In this document: in pieces, positions 24,522 through 37,968 of the stretch
Numbering within the stretch: the stretch's first letter is position 1
Layout: each line of letters opens with the position of its first letter
Assembly: GCF_001194135.2 (NCBI RefSeq)
Contig: NC_068998.1
Span: 53,003,586 to 53,067,585, forward strand
Direction of reading: 5' to 3'
DNA: 64,000 nucleotides
From: Octopus bimaculoides
Lineage: Eukaryota
The notes under the pieces: model-generated
Databases searched by the model: none
The model's input: the letters and a program-made list of their open reading frames with translations, nothing else
What the model was told of the DNA's origin: nothing
Program-made: the position numbers and the translations under genes

Positions 24522-27500
24522 CAGCCACCAATGGAAACTATTTCCATTTGTACAAAACTGTGATAACATTAAATATATGAAAATGTGATTCTCTCATTCA
24601 TTTGATTTCCTAAAATGTAGGACTTTTTATGCATTGATTCAGAAAACATGTCACAATGCAATAAATCTCATTTCACTTCTGCCTTGAAATATTTGAACAT
24701 TGAACTAAAGTATGCAAAATTCAAAATTAACAGAAGCAAAGTTGTAATGTTCATAAATAGTTATATTTATAGCTTCCGATTTAGGCAGACGGGCAGCAAT
24801 GTTTTGGCTTAGACGATAATACCTACAACAGAAGTTGAGCGATGCTTTAGTTTACTTCCCCTAAAAGGGTGAAAGGCAAAATTAAACTTGATGATACTTG
24901 AACGCAAGACGTAAAGGGCTGGAAGAAATACAAGAAATTTTTCCAATGCTGTAATGATACTGTTCGCTAACCAAGCTCAAAGTTGTATGCAGGAAATGGC
25001 AAACAAGTCATGCTAATATTTAGTTGGCTTGTATGAAATGCCAGTCTAATCGTCGCAGTAGTTTAATTCGAGCCGACGTAAATTCTGAGTGTTGAATCAG
25101 AAAGTAGGTTTATGGATTTGGCGCAAGAAATTTGTATTTTAAGAAAGAAGATTGAAATAGAAAGTGGTAGTAAACGTGTCTTTGCTAATACACTTTACTG
25201 TCAAGCTAAGCAAAACTGTTTTGAACAGATATTTCAAACTGTGTTGCTATCTCAGTCTTTTTTATGGTTAAAACCAGCTCCCCAGTAAGATAAATAATTA
25301 ATCATCAAAAGAGAATTTCCTGGTACAACTAATCTCATACTGACTGGGTTTCATTGACAGTCGTTTGGTAGCCCACACAAAATGCTACGTTTCATTGTTT
25401 ATTGAAGACGCTAATGTTTTTGTGATAATTACAGACATAACTACTTTCTATTTACTATACCTATAAAACCTAAGATCTCATTGTGTAGTCAAAGCGAAAC
25501 CTCTCATCAGGAAATATGCATTGCTGACTATTGCAAGCTAGTGGTAAAATCAACTTTAATTCCTGGCTGAGGCTACCTCGCTTTTAACGTCTTGTGCCCC
25601 TTCAAAAGTAAATCAGTAATGCATCACTTGTATTTTGCTTGGGTTTTGTATGCACTAATTTCAAATTCGCCCCTGAGGGTAACTTGGTATTTCGTGTTTT
25701 CTGGATTGATGAAAGTTTGTACTAATCATGAGTATGACAACTCCAACTGATGTAATCATCAGCAATTTTGAAGGTAATGGGTAATGATCAGACTGTGCAC
25801 AGAATAACGAGAGTTCAGCAAAGTTAATGAGATGTAGTCTTGACTACCGGAGGAACATCGTGCTTTAGTGTTGGTACTTTCTTGAAGTAATTTATTAAAA
25901 AATGACACTTAATTGGAAACTGACAATCACCTTTTAGGACATCTCAATTTAAACCTTAAAATTTTCTAAACACCCAGCGCCTTATTAAGTCCGTGGTTCG
26001 AATTTATTATGGAGCCATTTTGCATTTTTACTTTGTTGATGTTAAAAAGCGTTAATATAATGTAGTCGATCGGATTTTCTGAATGAATCGATTCAATTTG
26101 TCAAACTGTTAACATTTTCTCAACAACGAAAAGCAAAGGAAACACATGCAATCAATATTTACCTTCAAATATCTGTTGTATGAGTGTCATGTATTTCATA
26201 AAAATATATTTTCCATTTGAATATTAAACCTCCTAATTCTTTTCCGAAGAAGATTAAGGAATTTATGATTAATCCATTGTTGATATATCAGTTTACACAT
26301 GTTGTCCTCACCAGATGAGGAGTTCTTAAAATGTCGATCTATATTTATTTACTTAAATTGTTTTAGCCAACTGGATAAACGCATGTTGATGTCGGTTGAA
26401 GGTGATGCACAGCTTAAAGTAAATGTAAGCTCCGCATCAGCTGAGAATAATGAGCCATTTTCAAATTCAGGATTAAAGCTATTTTATTAACATTTTTAGT
26501 GACAGCAATAGCTAAAGAACAACGAATAGAACATTCAATACGTATTTGTTTGGCCCTTATAAATCTAGAGATTGTAGCTTCTTGAAGATATTCTAATCTA
26601 TTTTTGTATCATAAGTATATGACCACCTTAAATAAACTCCACATCCTAAACGAAAACTTATTAGGACTGGAACTTAAAGGCCGGGATCCATTCGTAGTTG
26701 AAATCTATTCAATTTTTGTTTCTTCGCCGATATCTCAGAAAAAGAAGAACGTTTTCTTAACCATGTCGTTTTGGACGGGTTTCTGCCCAATGGTGACATT
26801 ATAGACAAATTCCTTCTATAGAACGGGATAACCACTGTATTGTGGGTAACGGTATTTCTTAGCCACTCTCTTTCCTGAAAGAACTTGTAAGGATACACTA
26901 AAATGGCCTATGCATTTGTACTGGGTAGTTTCCTGTAGCTAACGGCGGCTCATCAGAAGAAATGAAGAACGTCTTAACAGAAGATATTTTTGTAGAAAAC
27001 GAGGTTTCAACATCTGCCGATGGAATGCAAGAAGCATTTCAGGTTGTGCGGATTTTGCTGAAATTCCGACTACAGTTGTTGGTAAATAACTGAAGTATCT
27101 CAATATAACATTGAATTCTGCAGGAGACTATTTGACAAACGCTTTGTCTTACAATATTCTGTGATAGGAAATCAATGGTTATGAGCTTTAAAGAGGCTAT
27201 GCAGCATAATTGATTGAATACAGAAACTGAGAATCACTCATTCTCGTTGTTATGTATTTATTCTTTCTGTGCATGCATCAAATTTACATGTTGTATATTG
27301 CCGAAAGATGTAGCCATCCATGACAAAACGGATAATCCGGGAATTGGATAACAAGTATCTCCTGGTATATAATACGCAACATTTGTAGAGATAATCACTT
27401 TTCAGAAGCAGCGTAGTAGATTAAAATCTGTAATTAAAAGACGGTATTGTTCATACATTGCTTTATGAAACATAGAAATAAAATAAATCAACAGCGATGA

Positions 27501-27743
27501 GTTTTTCACCAATCTAAAGACGTCAAAATATATAAAATATCTGATTTCTTAATATAGGAAGGAAAAAATTAAAACTGATGTTGTAACGAAATAGAAAATA
27601 GCTTTTAACCTATACTCACATAGCTTGTTTTTGTTTATATAGCGTATCGCTTTCATATCAAACATACATACGTACATAAATATATATACTTATATACACT
27701 ATTCATGGGTGTACATATGCATGGAGGATAAATACACAAACGA

Positions 27744-27784
<41 letters not shown>

Positions 27785-27978
27785 TATATTATTGCTATAT
27801 AAAATAGGATTTATTTATTTTAAAAAATTAGGAAAAATACCTTTGTTTTTATATGAAACGTGATGTTTAAAAACATGATTTATATGTAAAATAAAAATTC
27901 CTATATTAATTTTGTTTTGATTCTATGTTTTTATGTACAGAAGTTGTAACGTTACACTATGCAAACTTTCTTCCGACA

Positions 27979-28035
<57 letters not shown>

Positions 28036-28145
28036 TATTTATATATGTGTGTGCGTGTGCGTAATATGTGTGTCTGTATACATGCGTGTCTATGCTTGTG
28101 CATATATATACACACACATATGTACGTGTACATGTATGTATGTAC

Positions 28146-28183
<38 letters not shown>

Positions 28184-28504
28184 AATTACACTTGTACTTG
28201 TACACATTTGTATACAAACAAACTCGCATAGACGCTAACACACGCACACACACACACACACACATGCACGTATGTAGTCAATTTCCCTGTAGCTGTTTTA
28301 TCTGAAGGCGTGTCTTGCTGATGCAGTTGTTTTTTTTCTATGTCACAGAATCATGTTTATTATTTCGATAATTATTAAACATTACCTCCTCCTCCTCTTT
28401 CTACTACTACTACTACTACTATTACTATCTAGAATGAAGTTGTTGGGAATTCAATAATTCTACCACGTAGGTTTCAGTTCACATGGTTCTCTCAGCCAGA
28501 TATG

Positions 28505-28605
28505 TTGCTGTTGTTGCTGCTGCTGCTGTCTCCGTGGCTGTCGTTAACGCTGCTGCTGCTGCTGCTATTGTTGCTGCTACCGCTGCTTTTGCTTATGCTG
28601 TTGCT
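28505..28605. repeat. Degenerate (GCT/GTT)n trinucleotide tract
   Basis: Direct reading; gives the poly-Ala/Val ORF 28483-28686. Confidence 0.85.
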
Positions 28606-28910
28606 GCAATGATTCTGTTCCAGATCAGATTTATGATCAAATTCATTCAAACCATTCATCGCAAATCTTTTTATTTTTATCCTTGATTATATTATCCGAT
28701 GCGTCGCGTGTTTCTTTGAGATTCTAGAATTTAATGTGAGGTACTTTGGTCTGCTACTTTTACAGGCCGACAGACAATCCCATATTCTACAGGATTCCTA
28801 TATTCCATTTCTCAGTTCTATGATGAAACCCCGGCAATTTAACATCTTCCCTCAGTTTTGTAATTCTTTCGAAATATACAAAATATAGATTGTAAGAATA
28901 TCACATCAAA

Positions 28911-29090
28911 AAGGCGGCGAAATGGCAGAACCGTTACGGCGCCGGACAAAATGCTTAGCGGCATTTCATCCGTTCTTAGTTCAACTTCTGCCGAGGTCGA
29001 CATTGACTTTGATCCTCTCGTGTTCGATAAAATAAATACAAGTAGAACACCGCTGTCGATGAAATCGACTTGCCTATTTTCCCTCAAATG
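28911..29090 (+). mobile_element. Near full-length tRNA-derived SINE, degenerate
   Basis: AAGGCGGCGAAATGGCAGAACCGTT...AAATGCTTAGCGGCATTTC...GAGGTCGAC...GATAAAATAAATACAAGT. Confidence 0.82.
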
Positions 29091-30399
29091 AGCAAAAATT
29101 TGAATCTAACGTCATAACATCTTATATTAAAAACTCTCCCTGCTTTCTCTCTCTCTTTCTATCTTGAAAACCTCTTACATTTCCTTTTCTATTGCATGGG
29201 TAGTATTTATCAGTGATCAGAGCAAAGGATCTTCAGTGTTCCTATAAAGCACGTTTGGCCGAAACATGATGACACTAATTAGTGAATAACAGGGGATATT
29301 TCTGACATTACCTTGTAAGTTACATTCGCTTCTGCATCATTTTGTCGGTCAAGAGAAAGAGCTGACTAAAGGTCACCACTGAGTTACTCATTCATCGTTT
29401 TCTTCATCCATACGGAACTAGACGTCTTATGGAATATCTGAGCGCAGCTAACCTCCATTGAGGTGGTCGTGGGTGGAATAAAATCTCTAGTTTCAATACC
29501 GTAGAGAAAAGATTATCTCATTTCTTAAACCATTTATATCATTAATATATTTTGCGTAAGATTACAATATCTGGACTATTAGTTTTATATACGTTACTAT
29601 TACTGAATTCGTATCATAACTATTACTATTACAAATGTTATTAGTAAGTTGATATATTGCTGAGTGTCACATGCAAAAGAAATGCATCTGGATTGCAATA
29701 CATCTTTATACAACACGTAATTTCTTTTCGGGAATGTTGTCAGGCGTTTTTATTCTCACCTAATATCACATCTTTTAAGTGTGCAGATAAAATGTGTAGA
29801 CTTATGTTATACATTTCCCTTCCATATTTTCTACAAGTTGATATAAAATAACTTAAGATTTCATTTTTAAATCTATTTTTTAATGTTTTTATTCACGTAT
29901 ATTCCCAAGACCGGTTTTCTTTCATATAGCACAAAACGATTTTTAAAATCTCTCTCTGTACAGTATATGAAGATTTATTACATTTGCAAATTTGTAATCG
30001 ATTTTTCTATAAGTCTAACAAATTCTAAAAAAAAATTCTACCAAATATTCTTTCACATTATTACATCATCCTTACAATAGTCCCTTCTAACTTGCTGACT
30101 TAATATTTATTCGTTTCATCTAAAACATGGCGAAATGTTCTTTATACTCCGTTTTTCTTGTGTGGTGTCAACAAATATTAAAATACACGTAATTTTTAAA
30201 TATAAAGTCAATTTTGTATCGAATTATTGACATATCTGGCTTGAATTGTAATCCTAACACAAGTTAAATAATTCTGGTGTGAAACAATTTCCCATTATTT
30301 ACAACTAATTTCATCACACACACACACACATACACCACACACACTCTTTCTTTCTCTTTCTCACAATCTCTCTACCATTTTATCTACACACATATCTCT

Positions 30400-30467
30400 A
30401 TCATTCTATCTATTTATCTATCGATTATCTCTCTTTCTCTCTCTATCATCTCTCTTTCTCTCTATCA

Positions 30468-30522
<55 letters not shown>
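30400..30522. repeat. Compound (CT)n/(CTAT)n microsatellite
   Basis: Direct reading. Confidence 0.9.
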
Positions 30523-30524
<2 letters not shown>

Positions 30525-32234
30525 GTAAACCCATGACACACCCTTCTGGATGTGTGCTATGCCCCAGGGCATGGTCTTCGCTCCGTGTGCTATTTTCAAA
30601 TTTTCCGCATACCATATATATATATATATATATACAGAGAGAGAGAGAGATACATACATATGCACGTACGCACATATACATATATACAAACATGTATTTA
30701 TAAAGTTTGTGTCCTATTATTTTTATATAACAAATTTGAATCTGTTTAATTAACTTTGGGAGGAAACATTTTTGCATCATTTACATCTTATTTCATAACG
30801 TATAATCTTATTGACGTCACTAAAAACAGTTCTAGGTTGCATTTTTAATTGACCCCAAAGATTAATATTTAATATCAGTAAGGTCAACTGAAAATAACCA
30901 GTATTTCGGAGGTTTAATACATTAATAAGAGACACTATTCATTGGAGTTGAATTGATTATTTAAAAAGTAATTAATTTAAACCACCGAAAGACAACATAT
31001 TCAGTCTACAACCTTATGTTGATTACATTTTAGACGATATCATCAATGAATTTATATTGAGAAAACAAAAACAACTTCGAAGTAGAGACTTTCAATTCTC
31101 AGAAGTTTAGTTTGTTTTTAGTGGTAGCAATTCTAATTTGGTACGCTGTTTATTGAAGCATGATTACTGGAAGTGATGTGGTGTAACTAGATGAGATTTC
31201 ATATCTCGGGCCTGTAAGATAGATTCATCTCCATACAGAAAGCAAACGAAACACAACTTAATAACTCAATAAACTGCACCTTGCAGCGAAGAGTTGTATC
31301 TGTTTCACAGTTGTATTAACAACCATGTGGCCAATTGATTTGAATTATTCTTCTTTTCAGCTATGCAATCTTTAAGCAGAGGCATTTTAGCTAATTCTGC
31401 AAAAGTTTAGCAATATATTCCCCAGAATTATGCGTTAATTATTATTTTTCTCAAGGATTACTTTCGAATTGAAATAACACTAGAGAACAGAAGTAACATC
31501 GCCAGCTTATCTTCTTGTCGCATTTGTATCGGAAACGAATAAAGTAACAAGAATCATATTTAACGAATACTGTCTCATTTAACTAACAAAACCTGAGAAT
31601 CTGGAAGGTATTCAGAGCAACAATTTAGCTTAATGATAAATGGTATCACTGGTTTAAGTCTCATTCACATCGTTTTGTCTACCCAAGCAAGGGGCGTCAA
31701 AGTTCTTTTAGAGCCTATTAGAAATATTAGCCAAATCCTTCTCAAATCGCCCATACTATGTTTTAAAACATCAATGCATACTCGTTAGTGTTGTATTACG
31801 TGCAGAGGACGATGAAATGTTGTAAACGGAAAAGCTTTGATCATCAGGTTTACAAGATCAGGGTTGACTTACGGCTAAAGAACAACGCGGTGAGGTCAAT
31901 GGCATAACAGAATATTTTAAGAGCACAGACGTTACATCGTTGTTAAAAGAAAAAAAAAACATAAATCGTAACAAGCTAGGAAAATACTAGAATTTTATTT
32001 TCTACCGAATGTTTGTGAGAAGGCAGCTAATTAGGGCAATAAACACATGAAGAGATTTCTATTCATACAAACATAGGACTACAACTATAAGTTAATGAAT
32101 ATGTTATAAAGTCTATGAACCATATATAATTCGTGATGTAAGTTGGATGGAATTACACTATTCTTTGTAGACACAAGATTAAACTTTTGCTGATATATTT
32201 ATATAGATGTGAGAATAGCTTTGTGGTTTATAAG

Positions 32235-32620
32235 ACAGGCTTGCACACACGTTATTTCTGATTCCGTGTTGTACCTTGGGTAATTGTTTTTACTACAGCA
32301 CCAAACCAATGTCTTGTGTGTGTACTTGATAGACGGAAATGCTGTGGGTGCACGACACACAGAGACACACATATGTGTGTGTTCCTGTCTGTTTGTGTGT
32401 GTGTGTGTTAGTATTAGAGGTGTTCATCATCCACCGTTTGACAACTAGTGTTAATGTGTTTACTTCTCAATAACATAGCGGTTCGGCAAAAGAGTCGATA
32501 ACTTAGCTACCAGACTAAAAAGTCGATTACGTGCTACAGGCTGATTTCGACGTCGACACTTTTCTAGGCGGTGTCCAATATGGCTGCATGTCAATGGCTG
32601 AAAGAAATAAAAGAACGAAA
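32235..32620 (+). mobile_element. Degenerate composite copy of the second SINE family (head, internal (GT)n, 3' module)
   Basis: GTACCTTGGGTAATTG...TAGACGGAAA...(GT)n...CCACCGTTTGACAAC...TAGCGGTTCGGCAAAAGAG...ATGGCTGCATGTCAATGGCTGAAAGAAATAAAAGAA. Confidence 0.7.
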
Positions 32621-34334
32621 CTTAGATCAGGTTTCTTTTACTGAACGAAAGAGAATTACTATCTAATGACCTTGTTTGAGAAGATAATCCACGTTGGTTG
32701 AAGTTTAACATATTTTTCTATTTTGTGGTGAATGTAAGTTGAGTAAAATGTAAAAACGAATATGATACAAGTTAGTTGTGTTGTAAGCTTCTCTGAGAGT
32801 TTAATATCTTGAGACTGGAGTTTTAAATTGATGTTTATATTGACCACAGATACTCTGTATATTAATAGAGATGGTTGATCTTATCATGATGGTTAATGAT
32901 AATGATAAATAATGTAATAAATATCGTAGATTTTTCTTTCTATTTTGTGCAAGTTCAATTTTATATATTAATGGCTTTTGTATCGAATAGATAATAATCA
33001 TATTTATGACATTATGACACTAACATCTATCACACACACATAAAAACACTCGCAAGCGGACACTAATATACACATCCACTCAAATATAAACTAATAAGCT
33101 ATTTATTTTTCACTACCGTCAAATCAACACTGTCAAATATTCAAATAGTGCTGCAATGTTTCAAGATTTCCAGCCAATGTCGTATCCGCACCTAGCGACA
33201 TATCACTCCACCTCGCTCACTCGACCAGAATTATCACGGGGACATTTTTTACTTCTCTTAATGATGACGTTCTGAGAATCACATTAACTCCATTCAAACA
33301 TATATTTACATAAACCTATCTGCTTCTCTTTCTCTCCCTCCTTACTGATTCATTACAAGTCACGTCTATTGTTAATACTGTCTATTCCACCCGCCACCAC
33401 AACCAAAATCACCTCAAACACAGAATCAATTTTCATGTTCATCGATACAACTATTCTTATATTTTTTCGTATTTCAGTTTGAATATATAAAATTAATGAT
33501 TCCTGTTCGTTACTAAGGATACAAGGAGTAAAGTTATTTTTAAGGCTTACATTTGAAGCTGTTATACGGATTTAGTTCAAGCACTCACAAAATTAAAGAA
33601 AACAGGATGATTTTAGTTATCGTAATGATAATGAACATATTCAATGACATAATTTCCAACAATGAATTTTTGGTGTTAGTGACCAGGTCGCAGGCAGTGC
33701 GACTAAAATTTACACATCAAGAAAACACGCTTTAAGTAAAGTTAATGGATTCTATGTGTTTCCGAAAGGCTAGTGTGTGTCTTTTAAGCTGTAATTGGGT
33801 CAAGTTAAACACACCATGTCAGATAAAATCATTCACCAAACAAGTAGATCTCAAAAGTTTAACATAATGTTTAGCGGATAATTGAAATTTTCTTTATTTT
33901 CCTTCTGTAAAAATTTGTGTCAGAAATTTACATTAGACTAAGCCGAAGGATGAAAAGCAAAATGTGTTGTTTTGGGGAGTCCAAATCCCCATGGCAATTA
34001 ATTATTGCAAGAGATGTTTTCCGACACTTTATCAACATGACCGTTTGCATCACGTTAACAATTTCATCGAGAATTGAGCGGAGAGAAATTTTGGAGGAGG
34101 CGGGAAACAATCAATCAAATCGTTCTAGAAATAGCACTCCCTTTTTATCGACACCGGAAAGACGAGTAAACAAAATTGAAACTAGAAATGAGATACTAAG
34201 CAAAAGTCACTCAACGGATTTTTTCTCAGACTCTAACAATTCTGCCGTCTCATCATTAATGAATATTGGTTTCAGATTTTGGCACAAGGCCAGCACTTTC
34301 GGTGAGGGGGGTGTGGAGGTGGGGGTGGGTGTAT

Positions 34335-34562
34335 GTTGGGGAAGGTGGGGGTAAGTCGATTACATCGATGCCAGTCTTCAGCTGGTGCTTATCGTATAGT
34401 CGGAAATGATGAAAGGCGAAGTCGCTTTAAACCAAGATCTTGAGTTTAACAGCAGTAATTCACTTCCTTCAAATAAACAGAATACATTTCCCAGATCGCA
34501 TAATTTCGGGATCGATAAAATAAGTACCAGTTGAACATTGGGGCCAATGCAATCGACTTATA
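34335..34562. mobile_element. Two SINE fragments (34335-34445 minus; 34505-34562 plus) immediately upstream of the Penelope fragment
   Basis: GTCGATTACATCGATGCCAG...GATGAAAGGCGAAGTCG and TTCGGGATCGATAAAATAAGTACCAGTTG...AATCGACTTA. Confidence 0.72.
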
Positions 34563-34563
34563 C

Positions 34564-34989
34564 CATATGACATCAGGACAGTATTCAAGAGCAAATACAA
34601 CACTTCGCAAATATCTCCGAGTAAAACAACCAATGGAAGAGAATGCGGTCAAAGAGTGCGTGTACTCTAACCCATCCAGCTGTAGTAGGTTATACAAAGG
34701 TGAAACGGGTCGTCCCCTCAAAATAAGTGTAGACGAACATCGAAAAGCAGTGACACAAGGAGATATTGATAAATATCTCCTTATTGATGATCATGTATGG
34801 AAAAATGGAGACCACCTCCCCCTGTGGGATGAAGTTAAAATAATAGGCAAAGAATACCACTGGAAAATACGAAAACTAAAAGAAGTAGCACATATGCTAG
34901 GTCACAACAACATCCTAAGCAGACCGAGTGCAGATATGAGTAGCATATGGGAACCGGTATTAAAGAAGGATAGGAAAATATTAGATTAA
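34564..34989 (+). pseudogene. GIY-YIG endonuclease domain of the PLE (frameshifted, Cys motif decayed)
   Basis: Track ORF 34531-34989. Its first ~11 codons are SINE-derived and there is a frameshift near 34590. Confidence 0.88.
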
Positions 34990-35029
34990 TAAGCCCTAAA
35001 ATACACTCCATAATTGCCCACGATCATAT

Positions 35030-35094
35030 GCCGTAGTGCTTAAGAGCGCGGGCTACTAACCCTAAGATTCCGAGTTCGATTCCAAGCAGTGGCC
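35030..35094 (+). ncRNA. tRNA-like (Pol III A/B-box) module in the PLE 3' region; not a functional tRNA
   Basis: A-box-like TAGTGCTTAAGAGC (35034-47), 7-nt loop CTACTAA (35053-59), B-box GTTCGATTCC (35074-83). Stems are imperfect. Confidence 0.6.
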
Positions 35095-35165
35095 AGAACA
35101 ATAATAATAATAATATCGAAAAATACCTTAGGAATGAGAGAGAAGCCAGGTTCGAAATCTCCCCA

Positions 35166-35213
35166 AGACAACTGAAGAAGGCTGGAGGGTATATCAGCCG
35201 AAACGTTGTTTTA
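35166..35213 (+). ncRNA. Minimal type I hammerhead ribozyme motif (stem I decayed in this copy)
   Basis: CTGAAGA (35172-78), extra A, perfect stem II GGCTG/CAGCC (35180-84/35195-99), GAAA (35200-03), then CGTT giving a palindromic ACGU stem III and a GUU triplet. Confidence 0.7.
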
Positions 35214-35294
35214 ACAGCAAACAAGATGAGGACAAATATCCATCGGATGTAAATAATGACTAAAAAAGTTTATATGATTCAACGAGTGAACCTA

Positions 35295-35345
35295 CACGCT
35301 AGAAATAGCAGCCAAATGTCTCTCAAATCACACGAAAGCATATCA
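35295..35345 (+). repeat. Dispersed repeat fragment (CTAGAAATAGCAGCCAAAT...CTCAAATC family)
   Basis: The same motif occurs at 56107-56145 (+), with weaker copies near 31725 (+), 38205 (-) and 38405 (-). Family unnamed. Confidence 0.6.
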
Positions 35346-37337
35346 GACTAAAATAAAGACTAAAATGCATATTACATGTAATGTCGTGAATATACATTTA
35401 CAAAATGGAAACGGATTGAACGCTAGATCAGGGCTATCAAGCGACGACGTTTACAACAATAACAATTTTAATTTTCCCAGCATGAAACGTCCAGAAACAT
35501 AATTATTCATTGACATTTAGAAGAAGTGTGAAGATAATTACATGTCCTTTTTATTTTTCCCAAAGTAGACAAACGCTATTAACTAAAACAGTATTACGTC
35601 TGAATCGCATCTCTGTCTAGAACAATATTTCCCCAGTACTATATGGAATGCATGAGAAAAATGTATAACCATGATGCTTAATGAATGTACCACAAATGTC
35701 ATCTGCAGCATTTTTTCTTCATGAAATCTTCCGAGATAATTGCATTATTCCAAACATATATTCACTTAAGATATTCAGATTACCTTAGTTTGTTGTGAAT
35801 GGTTACTTAGAGAGTTTGATGTTAGTTATTTGCATACATTACCATATCACTTTCTAGATTGGCATATATAACCTCAGGGTGTACAATTTTCGCAGCAGGT
35901 GAAAATATTATCTAGTAAATGTGTTAAGTCGGAAAGTAATGCAAAAAAACTAGTTCTCTTGGTTTGAGACATATATACGTTTAGTATTTTTGATAATAGG
36001 AATAATTTGAATAAAGGAAACTAATGTTATATATCACAGCTACATTACATTCTTGCTGATGTAATTTCAGTTAAATCTTACTGTTTTTCTTTGCTCGATG
36101 ACCGACGTCTGCACTCTTTTATTTCCACGTTTGTCTCATCAGAGTAAATTACCATAAGGCATCACTGTATCGCGCTTATTAAATGTAGCAAATTACTGGC
36201 CTCGCATTCCTCTATAATTTAATTGAGTGCGTGATTGTAAGCTACTGATAGATTCACTATTAGTCATGGTGGAGGCCTCTTAGGTTTGGAAGCATGCTAT
36301 TCTATTTAACAGTTATGCCGTATGCAGACTGAAAGAAGAAAAACCCAATCATTTCAGATACTCATACACAATCATGTAATGTTTAATGAGAAAGTGGATC
36401 CAAAATCTCGTTTCTAAAACATCAATTTTGGAGTCTATAACCACTTGTATAAATCTCAGTTTCTGAACAGTACTCCATTATTTTCTCATTAGCAGAGCTG
36501 AGTCTCTCATTTAAAATCTCATATTCAATGAATCGTATGAAACGTAATATAAACTGAATTCATTCGTCATATTTCACTGAATTTCCAAATTGATAAACCC
36601 CTTGAGCAAGATGTGAGCATCAATTTGAAATTATTTTAGAATCTGTGTAAAGGTACAATAGATTCCGGGTTATATTCAATTGAAAAGCGCCCAGTGAAAT
36701 TGTTTGCAATATTTAGGAAAATTACAGTTAAATTAATTAACATTTACATAAGGGTAATTACGATAATTGCAGCCGATCGATAGATCACCAGAGATTAAAT
36801 TCGTGCGCATTTCCGACGAGCAAAGCATAACCTAGTTATATGACGTGAATTGCCGGCCATGAACCACCGACTCTGTCGTTTGCATTCCGCCATTCATAAA
36901 GATCAAATTTTTGGCAAATATATTTATTGGCTCAAAAAATAAATTATTCAACAACCACGCATAATAAAGTGAATTAAAAATTAATTTTATTTTGGATAAT
37001 ACAACTGAGTACGTTATACGTATTTACATAATCAGTTGCGTTTATCAACATTGGATTCGATAACAAAATTAAGTAAATTTGATACACGATCCAGCTATTA
37101 GTAAAATCAACAAAATCAATCGTAATATGTTTGTACGTTAACAACATTAAATTAAACGCAGCAGGCTCCGAAAACCTGTTTTAACATAGTAAGTTAGCAA
37201 ATATTTATTTTTGTTGGTCATTAATTATATTTTCGAATGACGTCAATATTTTAATTTAAGCACATTTTAAACTGTAAACGATGCGTGATCAGATTTCTGT
37301 TAAAATAATACATAAATTTTGTGATAGCGTTACATTT

Positions 37338-37490
37338 TGGAACTGGGGCAGGAGATTTTGAGGAGAGTGGTGTAAGCCGATTATATTGATGCCAGTGTTT
37401 AACTGGCACTTATTTTATCAACCGCGAAAGGATGAAAGACAAAGTCGACCTCTATGGATTTGAACTCGGAGGACTGAAATGCAGTCGTAA
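37338..37490 (-). mobile_element. SINE, degenerate
   Basis: AAAGGATGAAAGACAAAGTCGACCTC...ATTTGAACTC (reverse-complement core and B-box). Confidence 0.78.
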
Positions 37491-37968
37491 TATATATAAC
37501 GTCAAAAAACTTATAATCAATTGGAGTCTTTCAATACAACAAATAATACCTGGTAACATGCTGAATTGGAAGGTCACTGATTTAGTTTCGATTCCAGAGT
37601 GAAAATATTCAATGTTAAATACTTTTTTTTTAATCCTAAAATCAGGAGGATTATCAGTGAAACAGATTACTACTCCTTATGATTTTCAACAGCATAAAAC
37701 AAATATCAACACACAAAAATGATACGTGAAGCATTTCCCAAATATAAGGAATGTACTAAAACCTACATTCTTGAGGGAAAATAAACAACTTTATGGAAAG
37801 TAATAGTTTTATAAGTCACATTATTAGGGTAGTAGTAGTGGTGGTGGTGAGAGTAGTAGTAGCAGTAGTATCTTTAAGTTGCACATATATATATATTTAC
37901 ATCCGTGTTTTTTTAGGGATAGAAATACATTGTCGATTACGTCTCTTTCTTATTATTTGATACTTGAG

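Larger units (their letters stand above)
34564..35260 (+). mobile_element. Penelope-like retroelement, 5'-truncated 3' end (GIY-YIG endonuclease + terminal repeat region)
   Basis: YDIRTVFKS in a shifted frame, then ORF ECVYSNPSSCSRLYKGETGRPLKISVDEHRK...WDEVKIIGKEYHWKIRKLKEVAHM, matching the PLE GIY-YIG pattern VY.IPC.CG..YIGETGR.L..R..EH. A hammerhead-like motif follows, as known for PLE terminal repeats. Confidence 0.9.

Noticed and set aside
24286-24580. Poly-R/E/K/L ORFs
   Set aside because: Translations of the (CTT)n microsatellite.
26900-26960. Minus-strand CUGAUGA...GAAAC with plausible stem III (ACU-ACCC-AGU-A)
   Set aside because: Stem II cannot close (G before GAAA) and stem I does not pair; probably chance.
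33917-34354. 145-aa ORF
   Set aside because: GTG-started and not protein-like. The opposite strand contains decayed SINE head, core and tail pieces.
35030-35094. Functional tRNA gene
   Set aside because: Acceptor and anticodon stems do not pair and the ACT anticodon is atypical; treated as a tRNA-derived module.
2397-37245. Three perfect CRE sites TGACGTCA (2399, 30812, 37238)
   Set aside because: About 0.5 are expected by chance at this composition and they are isolated; not meaningful alone.
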